A stretch of DNA of 32,000 nucleotides from Promethearchaeota archaeon (lineage in GTDB: Archaea > Asgardarchaeota > Lokiarchaeia > Sigyniarchaeales > SOKP01): assembly GCA_030606485.1 (NCBI GenBank), contig JAUWGH010000009.1, positions 1-32,000 of the forward strand. The letters run 5' to 3'. A program made the translations under genes and the position numbers. Shown piece after piece: positions 9,748 to 18,918 of the stretch (the first letter of the stretch is position 1; each line of letters begins with the position of its first letter). The notes under the pieces are model-generated. The model saw nothing but the letters and a program-made list of their open reading frames with translations, ran no database searches and was not told the DNA's origin.

Positions 9748-10187
9748 TTTTTATTAAATATTTTATTAGGACCTACTGATTTTACATTTTCAACAGTTTT
9801 TCGTACAATTTTTGCAAATCTTTCTCCTTCAGCAGCAGAAACCAAGGTAAAATTGAGTCTTTCGGGTTCAATTCCTAAAAATATCATTAAATCTCTTAAA
9901 ATCGCAAACCTTCTTCTTGCAATATAATTACCAGAGATATAATGACAATCGCCAGGATGACATCCTGAGACAAGAATACCGTCCCAACCATAAGCTAGGC
10001 TTTTTATTATGAAGAATGGGTTAATTCGACCTGTACAAGGCACGCGAACAACTCTAATGTTTGGAGGATATTGAATTCGACTGACTCCCGCTAAATCGGC
10101 ACCTGCATACGAACACCAATTGCATAAGAAAGCAATTATTTTAGGTTTCCACTCCTCTGTTGATTTTTCTTTACTTTTATCAGTCAT
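9741..10187 (-). CDS. mvhD: MvhD/FlxD [2Fe-2S] subunit
   Basis: AFLCNWCSYAGADLAG, VPCTGR, GCHPGDCHY and WKPKI; all ligands are Cys codons. Confidence 0.92.
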   Translation of the reverse strand: MTDKSKEKSTEEWKPKIIAFLCNWCSYAGADLAGVSRIQYPPNIRVVRVPCTGRINPFFIIKSLAYGWDGILVSGCHPGDCHYISGNYIARRRFAILRDLMIFLGIEPERLNFTLVSAAEGERFAKIVRKTVENVKSVGPNKIFNKKW

Positions 10188-10190
10188 TTT

Positions 10191-13100
10191 TTATTCCCTC
10201 CCCATTATCATAGCAAATATTTGCTCACCTGTAAATCCTAATATATCGATTGCGGAGCATCTGCAATTCCCAGAACATGCTCCACAACCTTTACATAGAG
10301 CTTCATTAATAACTGCAATTGTTCCAAATCGACGATCTTCTTGAAGCTCAATTGCGTTATAAGCACAGTTGAGAACACACAGACCACAACCAGTGCACCT
10401 AGTTGGATCTATTCGAGCAATCTTTCCTTCAGCCTCAATTTTATCTTTTGATAATATTGTACATGCTCTTGAAACAGTTGCTTTAGCTTGAGAAATACAA
10501 TCTTCTATCGGTTTTGGTGCGTGAGCTAAACCTGCTACAAAAACTCCTTCGGTAGCAAAATCAACAGGTCTTAACTTAACATGAGCCTCTAAAAAGAAAT
10601 TATCATCATTCAATGGTACCTTTAATTGCATTGCTAACTCTTCATTTTCATCTCTCGAACAGACAATACCTACACTTAATGCCAATAAGTCTGCCTTAAT
10701 CGAAATATCCCCAATATCTGGTTTTTTAACAATAATATTCAAATCTCCATTCTCTATCTTTACTTCAGGTTCTTGATTATCATTGTATTGAATAAATAAA
10801 ACTCCCGCTTGACGAGCTTTTTGATAATACTTCTCTTTAAAACCATAAGTTCTAATATCTCTAAATAAAATGGTAATGTTAATTTCTGGGTTCAATTCCT
10901 TTATTTTTAATGCATTCTTAATTGCTTCAGCACAACACATTTTACTACAATAAGGATGTTCTTCATTTCTTGAACCTACACATTGAATCATTACAATTGA
11001 TTTAACATCTTTAAGTTCATTTGGACTTTTATAGATTTTTTCTTCTAATTCTGATTGTCTTATTATTCTTGGATCTTTACCATATAGATATTCAGTTGGT
11101 AAATATTCACTCGCACCTGTAGCAACAATAACCACGCCATGATCAAATTCCGCAGGAATCTTTTTCTCTCCATGTGTTATTGTAGTATGAAAGTTGCCTA
11201 CAAATCCATCAATGGCTTCAATATGGGTACTTGTATATAAATTGAGATTCTTTTGGCTCTTTACTTTCGTGATTAAATCATTTAGATATTCTTGTACATT
11301 CCCTCCTTCAAGTGTACTATAGATTTCGCGAGAAATGCCTCCTAATTCGTTTTTCTTTTCGATTAGATAAGTTTCATAACCTTGTTTAGCGAAATCTAAT
11401 GCAGCAACCATTCCTGTGATTCCTCCACCAATTACTAAGACCTTTTTTATAACATCTAAGGTCATTCTTTCCAACGGAAAAATTCTTCTTGCTTTATTAA
11501 CTGCCATTCTAACTAAATCTTTTGCTTTTTCAGTTGCATTTTCTGGTTCATGCATATGAACCCAAGAACACTGATCTCTAATATTTGTCATTTGAAAAAG
11601 GTATCTGTTTAATCCAGCTTCTCTAATTGTTTCTTGAAATAATGATTCATGGGTTCTAGGAGTACAGGATGCAACAATAACGCGATTAAGATTATGCTCC
11701 TTTATCTTTTCTTTAATAATTGTCTGAGTATCAGCTGAGCAAGTATATAAATTTCTATCTGCCATAACTACATTATGAAGCTTACTTGCATATTCTGTGA
11801 CAGCAGGAACATCCACATACCCACCAATATTAATTCCACAATGGCAAACAAATACACCTATTCTTGGTGGCTGTCCTCTTACGTCAATTTCATCTGGGAG
11901 TTCCTTTTTTGTAATTAAGGTATTTTTTACATCAGATAATAATACATTAACTGCTCCTGCAGCAGCACTTGCTTGAGTAACAGTTTCAGGAATGTCTTTT
12001 GGTCCTTGAAAAGCTCCACATACATATATTCCTGGCCTTGATGATTCTATTGGGTTAAATAAATTAGTTTCGCAAAAATTATATTCATTTAATTTAATAT
12101 TAAATGCCTTAGCAATCTTTTTCGCATCTTTAGGGGGATTTAATCCTACAGATAAAACTAACATATTAAAGATTTCTTCAACAACTTCGCCATTCTCAGT
12201 CTCATATCTAATTTTTAGATCCTTGGATTCTGGAATCTCTAAAATTGAAGATATTCTACTTTTTATATATCTAACGCCATATTGATGTTTCGCCCTTTCT
12301 ATATATTTATCAAAATCTTTACCATATGCCCGAATATCCATGCAAAAAATTGTTGGGTTGATTACATTAAAATGTTCCTTAGCAATTACTGCTTCTTTTG
12401 CAGTATACATACAACAAACTGAAGAACAATATGGTTGCCCTCTTTTTAAATCTCTCGAACCAACACATTGAAGAAATGCAATTTTTTCTGGAATATCTCC
12501 ATCAGATAAACGCAAAACTTTTCCTGCAAAGGGCCCACTTGCACTTAAAATACGTTCAAATTCGATACTGGTTACTACATTTTTATATTTTCCATAACCA
12601 TATTCCTTTATTGATTCTGGTTCAAATTCATCAAAACCTGGTGCTAAAATGATGGCTCCTACATTAATCTCGTTTTCCCTATCTTCTTGATCATATTCTA
12701 CTGCTCCTGCTTTACAGACACCTTCACATACTCCACAACCAATACATTTTGCAAGATCTATTGAAAAAACCAAGGGAACTGCTTGGGGGTATTCAACAGA
12801 AATTGCTTTACATTTAGCTAATCCTTCATTAAACACATCTATAGCTTCTATAGGACATTTTGATGCACATACTCCACATCCAGTACATTTTTCTTGATTG
12901 ATATATAATGCCCTTTTTAATAATTTTACAATAAAATTACCAGCTTCTCCACTAACCTCTTTAATATCAGCATTAATAATCAATTCAATATTATGATGTC
13001 TTCCTGTTTCAACCAATTTGGGTGAAACAATACACATAGCACAGTCATTTGTTGGAAAAGTTTTATCTAATTGAGCCATTACACCACCAATACTTGTGGT

Positions 13101-13208
13101 AGATTCTACCAAATAAACTTTATAACCAGATTCACCTAAATCTAGAGATGCTTGACTTCCACCTATACCTGCTCCAATGATTAACACAGATCCAATTTTA
13201 TCCATCAT
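10191..13208 (-). CDS. hdrA: Large HdrA-like flavoprotein (1005 aa) with two FAD modules
   Basis: GAGIGG...DKTFPTNDC, inserted ferredoxin, CVGSR/YCSSVCC, then RIGVFVCHCG...SCTPRTHE, GGGITG, CVGSR/YCSKMCC and a C-terminal 2x[4Fe-4S]. Confidence 0.9.
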   Translation of the reverse strand: MMDKIGSVLIIGAGIGGSQASLDLGESGYKVYLVESTTSIGGVMAQLDKTFPTNDCAMCIVSPKLVETGRHHNIELIINADIKEVSGEAGNFIVKLLKRALYINQEKCTGCGVCASKCPIEAIDVFNEGLAKCKAISVEYPQAVPLVFSIDLAKCIGCGVCEGVCKAGAVEYDQEDRENEINVGAIILAPGFDEFEPESIKEYGYGKYKNVVTSIEFERILSASGPFAGKVLRLSDGDIPEKIAFLQCVGSRDLKRGQPYCSSVCCMYTAKEAVIAKEHFNVINPTIFCMDIRAYGKDFDKYIERAKHQYGVRYIKSRISSILEIPESKDLKIRYETENGEVVEEIFNMLVLSVGLNPPKDAKKIAKAFNIKLNEYNFCETNLFNPIESSRPGIYVCGAFQGPKDIPETVTQASAAAGAVNVLLSDVKNTLITKKELPDEIDVRGQPPRIGVFVCHCGINIGGYVDVPAVTEYASKLHNVVMADRNLYTCSADTQTIIKEKIKEHNLNRVIVASCTPRTHESLFQETIREAGLNRYLFQMTNIRDQCSWVHMHEPENATEKAKDLVRMAVNKARRIFPLERMTLDVIKKVLVIGGGITGMVAALDFAKQGYETYLIEKKNELGGISREIYSTLEGGNVQEYLNDLITKVKSQKNLNLYTSTHIEAIDGFVGNFHTTITHGEKKIPAEFDHGVVIVATGASEYLPTEYLYGKDPRIIRQSELEEKIYKSPNELKDVKSIVMIQCVGSRNEEHPYCSKMCCAEAIKNALKIKELNPEINITILFRDIRTYGFKEKYYQKARQAGVLFIQYNDNQEPEVKIENGDLNIIVKKPDIGDISIKADLLALSVGIVCSRDENEELAMQLKVPLNDDNFFLEAHVKLRPVDFATEGVFVAGLAHAPKPIEDCISQAKATVSRACTILSKDKIEAEGKIARIDPTRCTGCGLCVLNCAYNAIELQEDRRFGTIAVINEALCKGCGACSGNCRCSAIDILGFTGEQIFAMIMGRE

Positions 13209-13978
13209 AAAGCCTCCTTTAATGCATGATAGTAAGGGGTAATCCCATCTATTCTATTAAAATCGATAAGATTTCTAGCCTTTAATGAAACAATATGTTC
13301 TAAAATTAAACTTGATTCGATACTCAATGATTTTGATAAATTTTTTACTGAAAGTGGTTCCTTTTCAAGTTTTATTAATATTTTATTACGTAAAAATTCT
13401 GAATTGAGAGCATCATCTATTATTTTTTCATATTCTTCAAATTCAATGATTTCTTCATAGACATTTCCAAACTCTGTAATAGCTCGTTCCCTTCCAACTA
13501 AAGTACGTAATCTATTATCAGATAAAGTTCTTTTTATAGCTTCTAAATCTTCTTTTAATTTTTGATTAGGTTTTGAACCACTAAATGGAGAAGGTCCTTC
13601 ATTTTTAATTTGTTTAGTAAATTCTGATACAACTTGACCAAATCTTACACCTTCAGAAGCAGAAACCCACTCAAGGCGAAATCTACCAGAAAGACCAATT
13701 AATTGTAATGCTTTAGAAAGCAAATCTAATTTCATTTTTTCTTCATAATTTCCATCTATATAATGGCAGTCTCCAAGATGACACCCCATTACAATGACCC
13801 CATCTAATCCAGTAGCCAAAGCTTCAATTACAAATACCGGGTCAACTCTTCCACTACACATCACCCTAATAACTCTAATATTGGGTGGATATTGGACTCT
13901 ACTCACCCCTGCAAGATCTGCTCCTGCATACGAGCACCAATTACATAAAAAGCCTAATATATTTGGTTCAAAGCTCAT
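13205..13978 (-). CDS. mvhD: MvhD-like subunit with about 115-aa C-terminal extension ending in a winged HTH-like segment
   Basis: GFLCNWCSYAGADLAG, VMCSGR and GCHLGDCHY; tail LSVKNLSKSLSIESSLILEHIVSLKARNLI. AGGAGGT SD upstream; ATGA overlap with the next gene. Confidence 0.88.
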   Translation of the reverse strand: MSFEPNILGFLCNWCSYAGADLAGVSRVQYPPNIRVIRVMCSGRVDPVFVIEALATGLDGVIVMGCHLGDCHYIDGNYEEKMKLDLLSKALQLIGLSGRFRLEWVSASEGVRFGQVVSEFTKQIKNEGPSPFSGSKPNQKLKEDLEAIKRTLSDNRLRTLVGRERAITEFGNVYEEIIEFEEYEKIIDDALNSEFLRNKILIKLEKEPLSVKNLSKSLSIESSLILEHIVSLKARNLIDFNRIDGITPYYHALKEAL

Positions 13979-13981
13979 TTT

Positions 13982-15637
13982 TTATTTACCTCCTGAAGCT
14001 AAAATTTGAGCTAAAATTTGTTTAGTAGTGAAATGGTGATTAGTTATTGCCTTTTCAGGACAAGTAGCCCCACATAGGCCACACCCTTTACAGCTTGCTT
14101 CTGTAACATGAGCTATTCCATTATCATCCATAGAAATTGCATTATATGGACAAATTTTGATACAAATTCCACAACCTACGCATAAATCCTCATCTACTTC
14201 AGCAATAGCACCTTCGACCTCTAAAACATCCTTTGATATAATAGTGCTTGCTCTAGATGCTGCTGCATAAGCTTGAGAAATAGCCTCTGGAATATCTGCT
14301 GGCCAATGAGCAGAACCACAAACATATATTCCATCCGTAGCAAAATCTACGGGACGTAACTTTACATGAGCTTCTAAAAAAAAGTGATTTTCTTCTAATG
14401 GGACCTTTAACATTTTTGCTAAATCTTCTGAATCAGGGTTTGCAATTAAAGGAGTTGATAACACGATCATATCATATGGTATGCTAATATCCTGATTCAA
14501 ATAATCATTATATACTTCAATATTGCTTTCTTTAACAATTGGAACTTTTTCCGGTATATATCTAATAAAAGTAATCCCTTTTTCTCTTGCTTTTCTATAA
14601 TATTCTTCATAAGTGGTTCCTTGAGTTTGAATATCTCGAAATATTATGGATATATTGGCATCTGGTTTCAGTTCCTTAATTAACATAGCATTTTTTAATG
14701 CAGTCATGCAACAAATATTGGAACAATATCGTCTTTCTTCATTTCTAGCCCCAACACATTGAATCATTACAATATTTTTAACATTAATTTTATTTTCTTT
14801 TAATAATTGTTCTAATTCTAATTGAGTAATGATTGTTGAGCCATTATACCCAAATAATCCTTCCGGTTTAAGAACTTGAGCTCCAGTAGCCACTATAATA
14901 ATACCTGTATCTATGTCATAAATTCCATCTCTCCTTTTTACTGAAACTTTATAATTTCCTATAAATCCTTCAATTTTTACTGGTTCAGTAGAAGTTATTA
15001 CTTTAATTTTTTGATGATTTTCAACCAAATTCCTTACTTCTAATACCTTTGATGCATCATCATGAGTTGGATACAATTTATAGAGGTATCTTAGTAATCC
15101 CCCCAATTCTGGCTCTTTTTCAATTAAAATTACCTTAAATTCTTGATTTGCTAAATTAAGGGCGGCCGTCATTCCAGCAATACCTCCTCCAATAATTAAA
15201 GCAGTTGGATTTATATCTATCTGAAATTTTTCTAATGGTTGCAATAATAATGCTTTGGCTACCCCCATTTCAATTAAAATCTTTGCTTTTTCAGTTGCTG
15301 CTTCCGTCTCTTTCATATGAACCCAACTGCATTGATCACGGATATTAACCATTTCAAATAGATAAGGATTTAAACCAGCTTCCTGACAAATACTTCTAAA
15401 TAAAGGTTCATGAGTTCGAGGAGTACAAGAGGCAACTATTACACGATTTAAGTCATGTTCTTCTATTTTTTCTTTAATTAGAGATAAACCAACCTCTGAA
15501 CAAGAATAAAGATTATCTGTGGCAAAAGTTACATTTGGTAAGGTTTTTGCATATTCCACTAAACTTGGAACATCCAAAAACCCTCCTATATTTGTTCCAC
15601 AATGACAAATAAAAACACCCATTTTTATATCTTCCAT
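13982..15637 (-). CDS. hdrA: HdrA-like subunit (N-terminal cluster domain + FAD domain + C-terminal ferredoxin, no inserted ferredoxin)
   Basis: MGVFICHCG...SCTPRTHE, GGGIAG, CVGAR/YCSNICC, CVGCGICIKICP and CKGCGLCGATCP. Confidence 0.88.
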   Translation of the reverse strand: MEDIKMGVFICHCGTNIGGFLDVPSLVEYAKTLPNVTFATDNLYSCSEVGLSLIKEKIEEHDLNRVIVASCTPRTHEPLFRSICQEAGLNPYLFEMVNIRDQCSWVHMKETEAATEKAKILIEMGVAKALLLQPLEKFQIDINPTALIIGGGIAGMTAALNLANQEFKVILIEKEPELGGLLRYLYKLYPTHDDASKVLEVRNLVENHQKIKVITSTEPVKIEGFIGNYKVSVKRRDGIYDIDTGIIIVATGAQVLKPEGLFGYNGSTIITQLELEQLLKENKINVKNIVMIQCVGARNEERRYCSNICCMTALKNAMLIKELKPDANISIIFRDIQTQGTTYEEYYRKAREKGITFIRYIPEKVPIVKESNIEVYNDYLNQDISIPYDMIVLSTPLIANPDSEDLAKMLKVPLEENHFFLEAHVKLRPVDFATDGIYVCGSAHWPADIPEAISQAYAAASRASTIISKDVLEVEGAIAEVDEDLCVGCGICIKICPYNAISMDDNGIAHVTEASCKGCGLCGATCPEKAITNHHFTTKQILAQILASGGK

Positions 15638-15639
15638 TT

Positions 15640-16938
15640 TTAACCCTCTCTTATAGCATTTTCAGCTGCTTTAGCTGCAGCACCACTTGCATCTATAACT
15701 GAATTTGGAATGTCCATCGGCCCTCTACAACATCCACATATATAAATTCCTTTTTTAGAGGAATCTAATGGTAAATATGCATTAGAAAGAAAGAAATTAT
15801 TTTTATCTAGATCAATTCCCAAAATGTTAGCCAATTCAGGTGTATCTTTATTAGGAATCATACTAGTTGCTAATATTACTAAATCAACAGGAAACTTTTT
15901 CATTTTTGAAGTATTCATATCTTCATAAATAATAATTGGGTTTTTATCATCATCCTCAATAATTTTTGCTACCTTTCCTTTAATGTATTTAATTCCATAT
16001 TCTTTTTGCCCTCTTTCAATATATTCCCGAAAACCTTTACCCCCTGCCCTTAAATCTATATAAAAAATAAAAGATTGAATTGAATTATCATGCTCGTAAG
16101 CAATCATGGCTTCCTTTGTTGTATACATACAACAAACAGAAGAACAATAAGGATTATATTTCATGTCTCTTGAACCTACACAATTTATAAAGGCGAGTTT
16201 CTTCGGTTCTTTTCTGTCTGAAGATCTTATCAAATGTCCCTTTAATGGCCCAGATGCACAAATCATTCTTTCAAATTCTAAACCAGTAACTACATTTGGT
16301 AAATGTTTATAACCTAGATTTACCAATGGAGAAGGGTCAAAAGGCTCGTATCCAGTCGCAACAATAATTGATTTTACATTAAGATTGACTTCAGAATCCT
16401 TTTGTTCAAAATCGATTGCTTCTCTCTCACATACTTTTTCACAAATTCTGCATGCATCCTTAGTTAAATATAAACATTTTTCTGGATCAATAGCCATTAT
16501 TGAAGGGACACCTTGAAGAAAATAGATATAAATTGCCCTTCTTTTTCTTAAAAATACATCAAATTCATCATCAACTCTCATTGGGCATTTTTCAATACAA
16601 ATACCACAATTAATACATTCTTCCGCCTTGATATAACGTGCATGTTGAAGTAATTTTGCTTTAAAATTTCCAGCCTTTCCTGTAATTTCTTTTACCTCAG
16701 CTAATGTATGTAATGTTATATTTGGGTGACGATAACATTCTGCGAGTTTTGGAGCCAAAATACAAATCGAACAGTCATTTGTTGGGAATGTTTTATCAAG
16801 TTGGGCCATTCTACCGCCAATACAAGGTTTTTTTTCAACTAATTCAACTTTTATTCCTCTTTCAGCGAGATCAAGAGAAGCTTGAATCCCGGCTATTCCT
16901 CCACCAATCACTAAGACACTATTTGAATTTTCTCCCAC
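15640..16938 (-). CDS. hdrA: HdrA-like subunit (FAD domain + inserted ferredoxin, no N-terminal domain or C-terminal ferredoxin)
   Basis: GGGIAG, GGRMAQLDKTFPTNDCSICI, CINCGICIEKCP and CVGSR/YCSSVCC. Confidence 0.88.
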   Translation of the reverse strand: MGENSNSVLVIGGGIAGIQASLDLAERGIKVELVEKKPCIGGRMAQLDKTFPTNDCSICILAPKLAECYRHPNITLHTLAEVKEITGKAGNFKAKLLQHARYIKAEECINCGICIEKCPMRVDDEFDVFLRKRRAIYIYFLQGVPSIMAIDPEKCLYLTKDACRICEKVCEREAIDFEQKDSEVNLNVKSIIVATGYEPFDPSPLVNLGYKHLPNVVTGLEFERMICASGPLKGHLIRSSDRKEPKKLAFINCVGSRDMKYNPYCSSVCCMYTTKEAMIAYEHDNSIQSFIFYIDLRAGGKGFREYIERGQKEYGIKYIKGKVAKIIEDDDKNPIIIYEDMNTSKMKKFPVDLVILATSMIPNKDTPELANILGIDLDKNNFFLSNAYLPLDSSKKGIYICGCCRGPMDIPNSVIDASGAAAKAAENAIREG

Positions 16939-16960
16939 TATAATGCACCATAATAAAAAT

Positions 16961-17851
16961 TTATTTATTTGGAGATTCTAAAATATTAATTTTTTGTAAT
17001 AAATTATTAACCCTTACACGGTGAAATTTGAGACCGATTTCTTCACCTTTAATTCCTAAGGCAAGAGCTATTAATTCAGTTAAATAAAAAACTGGGAACT
17101 TAAAATCTGTATTAAGATTTTTATTAAGTTCTCTTTGATTGAAATCAAATTGTTGATAACATGCAGGACAAACACAAACTATACAATCAGCACCAGACTT
17201 TTTTATGCTCTCAAGTTTATTTAATAATAATTTTTGTGAAAGTTCTTTATCACTTTTTTCAAGTGGATTTCCACAACAATCTTTTTTTAATTCATAATCT
17301 ACTGGTTCGGCTCCAAGTGCTTCAACTATTACATCCAAGGTTGTTGGCTCAAATGGATCATCCCATTGTATGATCTCAGATGGACGTAGATAATGACAAC
17401 CAGGGTGACATGCAACTTTCAAATCCTTTAGTGGTTTAATTATATTCTCTTTAATTAAATCAAGATTCTCAAATAATACTTGGGCAAAATGCTTAATATT
17501 AATATTACCTTGATATTTTTTACCAATCTTATTTAATATTGAATTAATTTCTTTCTTTTCTTCAGGGTCATTATTTAAAATATGTTGCACAGTTTTAAGA
17601 GTTTCTGTACAACCCGAGCATAGACTTAAAACATCACTATTATCATTCTCATAAAGACTTAAATTTCTGGCTCCTAGAGCTAACCAACTCTTATGGTCTA
17701 GTGCAGCAACTCCTGTTGGATCAGGACAACAGGAATATTGAGTCTGATCAGAAACATTAATACCAAGTTTATCAAATATTTTTCGAGCTGAGGCTTCTAA
17801 ATAAGGTAATCTTCCTGGAATAACACAACCAAAAAAATATTTATATGTCAT
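16961..17851 (-). CDS. hdrB: Heterodisulfide reductase subunit B
   Basis: Two CCG-type domains: FFGCVIP, SCCPDP, LCSGC, HPGCH, DCCGN and CPAC. Confidence 0.92.
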   Translation of the reverse strand: MTYKYFFGCVIPGRLPYLEASARKIFDKLGINVSDQTQYSCCPDPTGVAALDHKSWLALGARNLSLYENDNSDVLSLCSGCTETLKTVQHILNNDPEEKKEINSILNKIGKKYQGNINIKHFAQVLFENLDLIKENIIKPLKDLKVACHPGCHYLRPSEIIQWDDPFEPTTLDVIVEALGAEPVDYELKKDCCGNPLEKSDKELSQKLLLNKLESIKKSGADCIVCVCPACYQQFDFNQRELNKNLNTDFKFPVFYLTELIALALGIKGEEIGLKFHRVRVNNLLQKINILESPNK

Positions 17852-17857
17852 TTTTTA

Positions 17858-18388
17858 CTACATCCCTCCTTTTTCTGTTTTTGAATATCCATTTGTATTA
17901 ATTTTCTTTTCAAAATTTGTAGCTTCTAATAATTTTCCTATTTCTTCTATGTTTGCTGATTCAACACTTGGAAGCCCCAATTGCTGTCTTCGCCTAATTA
18001 TCGGTGTAGTTAAAGGAATTGCTAAACCATACTCTAAAATTGCATTTCCTTGAACATTATAAGCTTCGGGATAATTTCCTGTTAGAACAATTTTATTTTT
18101 TAGATTATCAAATATTTCTGTTAAAAATACGTTTTGAGGACATTCCTCTACACACATCTGGCATGTACTACATAACCATACATTTGGCTTTTGATCTTTT
18201 ATTAATAATTCTTTCAGACCTAATAATGATTCTTCAATAATTTTTCGAGGATTATATTCACCTTCAGTGACTAAAGCAACAGGACACGCACTTGAGCATG
18301 TTCCACATTGATAACAATAATTTAAGGAGAAATCATCTTTTACAATCTCTTTACGAAATTCAAAATCTACCTTTAACATAACCATCAA
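17858..18388 (-). CDS. hdrC: Heterodisulfide reductase subunit C
   Basis: CYQCGTCSSACP and WLCSTCQMCVEECP, ending RRRQQLGLP. The true start may be ATG at 18385 or 18379. Confidence 0.9.
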   Translation of the reverse strand: MMVMLKVDFEFRKEIVKDDFSLNYCYQCGTCSSACPVALVTEGEYNPRKIIEESLLGLKELLIKDQKPNVWLCSTCQMCVEECPQNVFLTEIFDNLKNKIVLTGNYPEAYNVQGNAILEYGLAIPLTTPIIRRRQQLGLPSVESANIEEIGKLLEATNFEKKINTNGYSKTEKGGM

Positions 18389-18460
18389 ACTTAATTCTAT
18401 TAATTTTTGATTAAATATTATTTAGGAAATTCACAAATACAATTATTGCATATTTTTTTT

Positions 18461-18487
18461 AAAACTCTTTTAATATTAAAGAGTTTT
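18461..18487. promoter_or_regulatory. Palindrome AAAACTCTTT-N7-AAAGAGTTTT upstream of the hdr/flx operon; candidate operator
   Basis: Perfect 10-bp arms at 18461-18470 and 18478-18487, about 75-100 bp upstream of hdrC. Confidence 0.45.
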
Positions 18488-18918
18488 ATTATTTTTGATA
18501 AAATATCTTTTACATTTATTTAATTTTTATATTTTTATTATTTTAGATTCTTCTATTTAATAGTTTTGTGTAATTATATATATATTTTTCTTAAATATTA
18601 ATGAACTCCATATACAAATTTATGGAAATTACTGAGATCGTACATTCTTTTTAGCAAATAGTTTCTAATTTTTACTTTTTTAATTATTTTGAAGGAAATT
18701 TTAAATTATTATAAAAAACAAATATATTATAAAGATTAATGATAGAAATCCAAAAAATACTCGTTTGAAATTCTTAGCATTTTAATTGGTATATTATTGA
18801 TAAGATAATAAAAACATTAGAAAAAAATTATAATAAACTAAAATACAAATAAATAAAATAGTTAAAATTATTATTTTCTTGATTTTTATAAAAAATACTT
18901 AAAATAAACAAATTTAAT

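Noticed and set aside
9741-16938. Selenocysteine in hdrA/mvhD (known Lokiarchaeal selenoprotein families)
   Set aside because: All five ORFs are uninterrupted, and the usual Sec positions (SCTP, CNWC, GDCHY) are read as Cys.
4206-18240. Short ORFs 4206-4445, 5701-5898, 8307-8549, 10120-10344, 12398-12652, 13794-14009, 16704-16943, 17161-17373, 18019-18240
   Set aside because: They overlap well-supported genes (antisense or alternate frame) and have no recognisable motifs.
18419-18436. Rex-like operator (TTCACAA half-site)
   Set aside because: Only one half-site matches.
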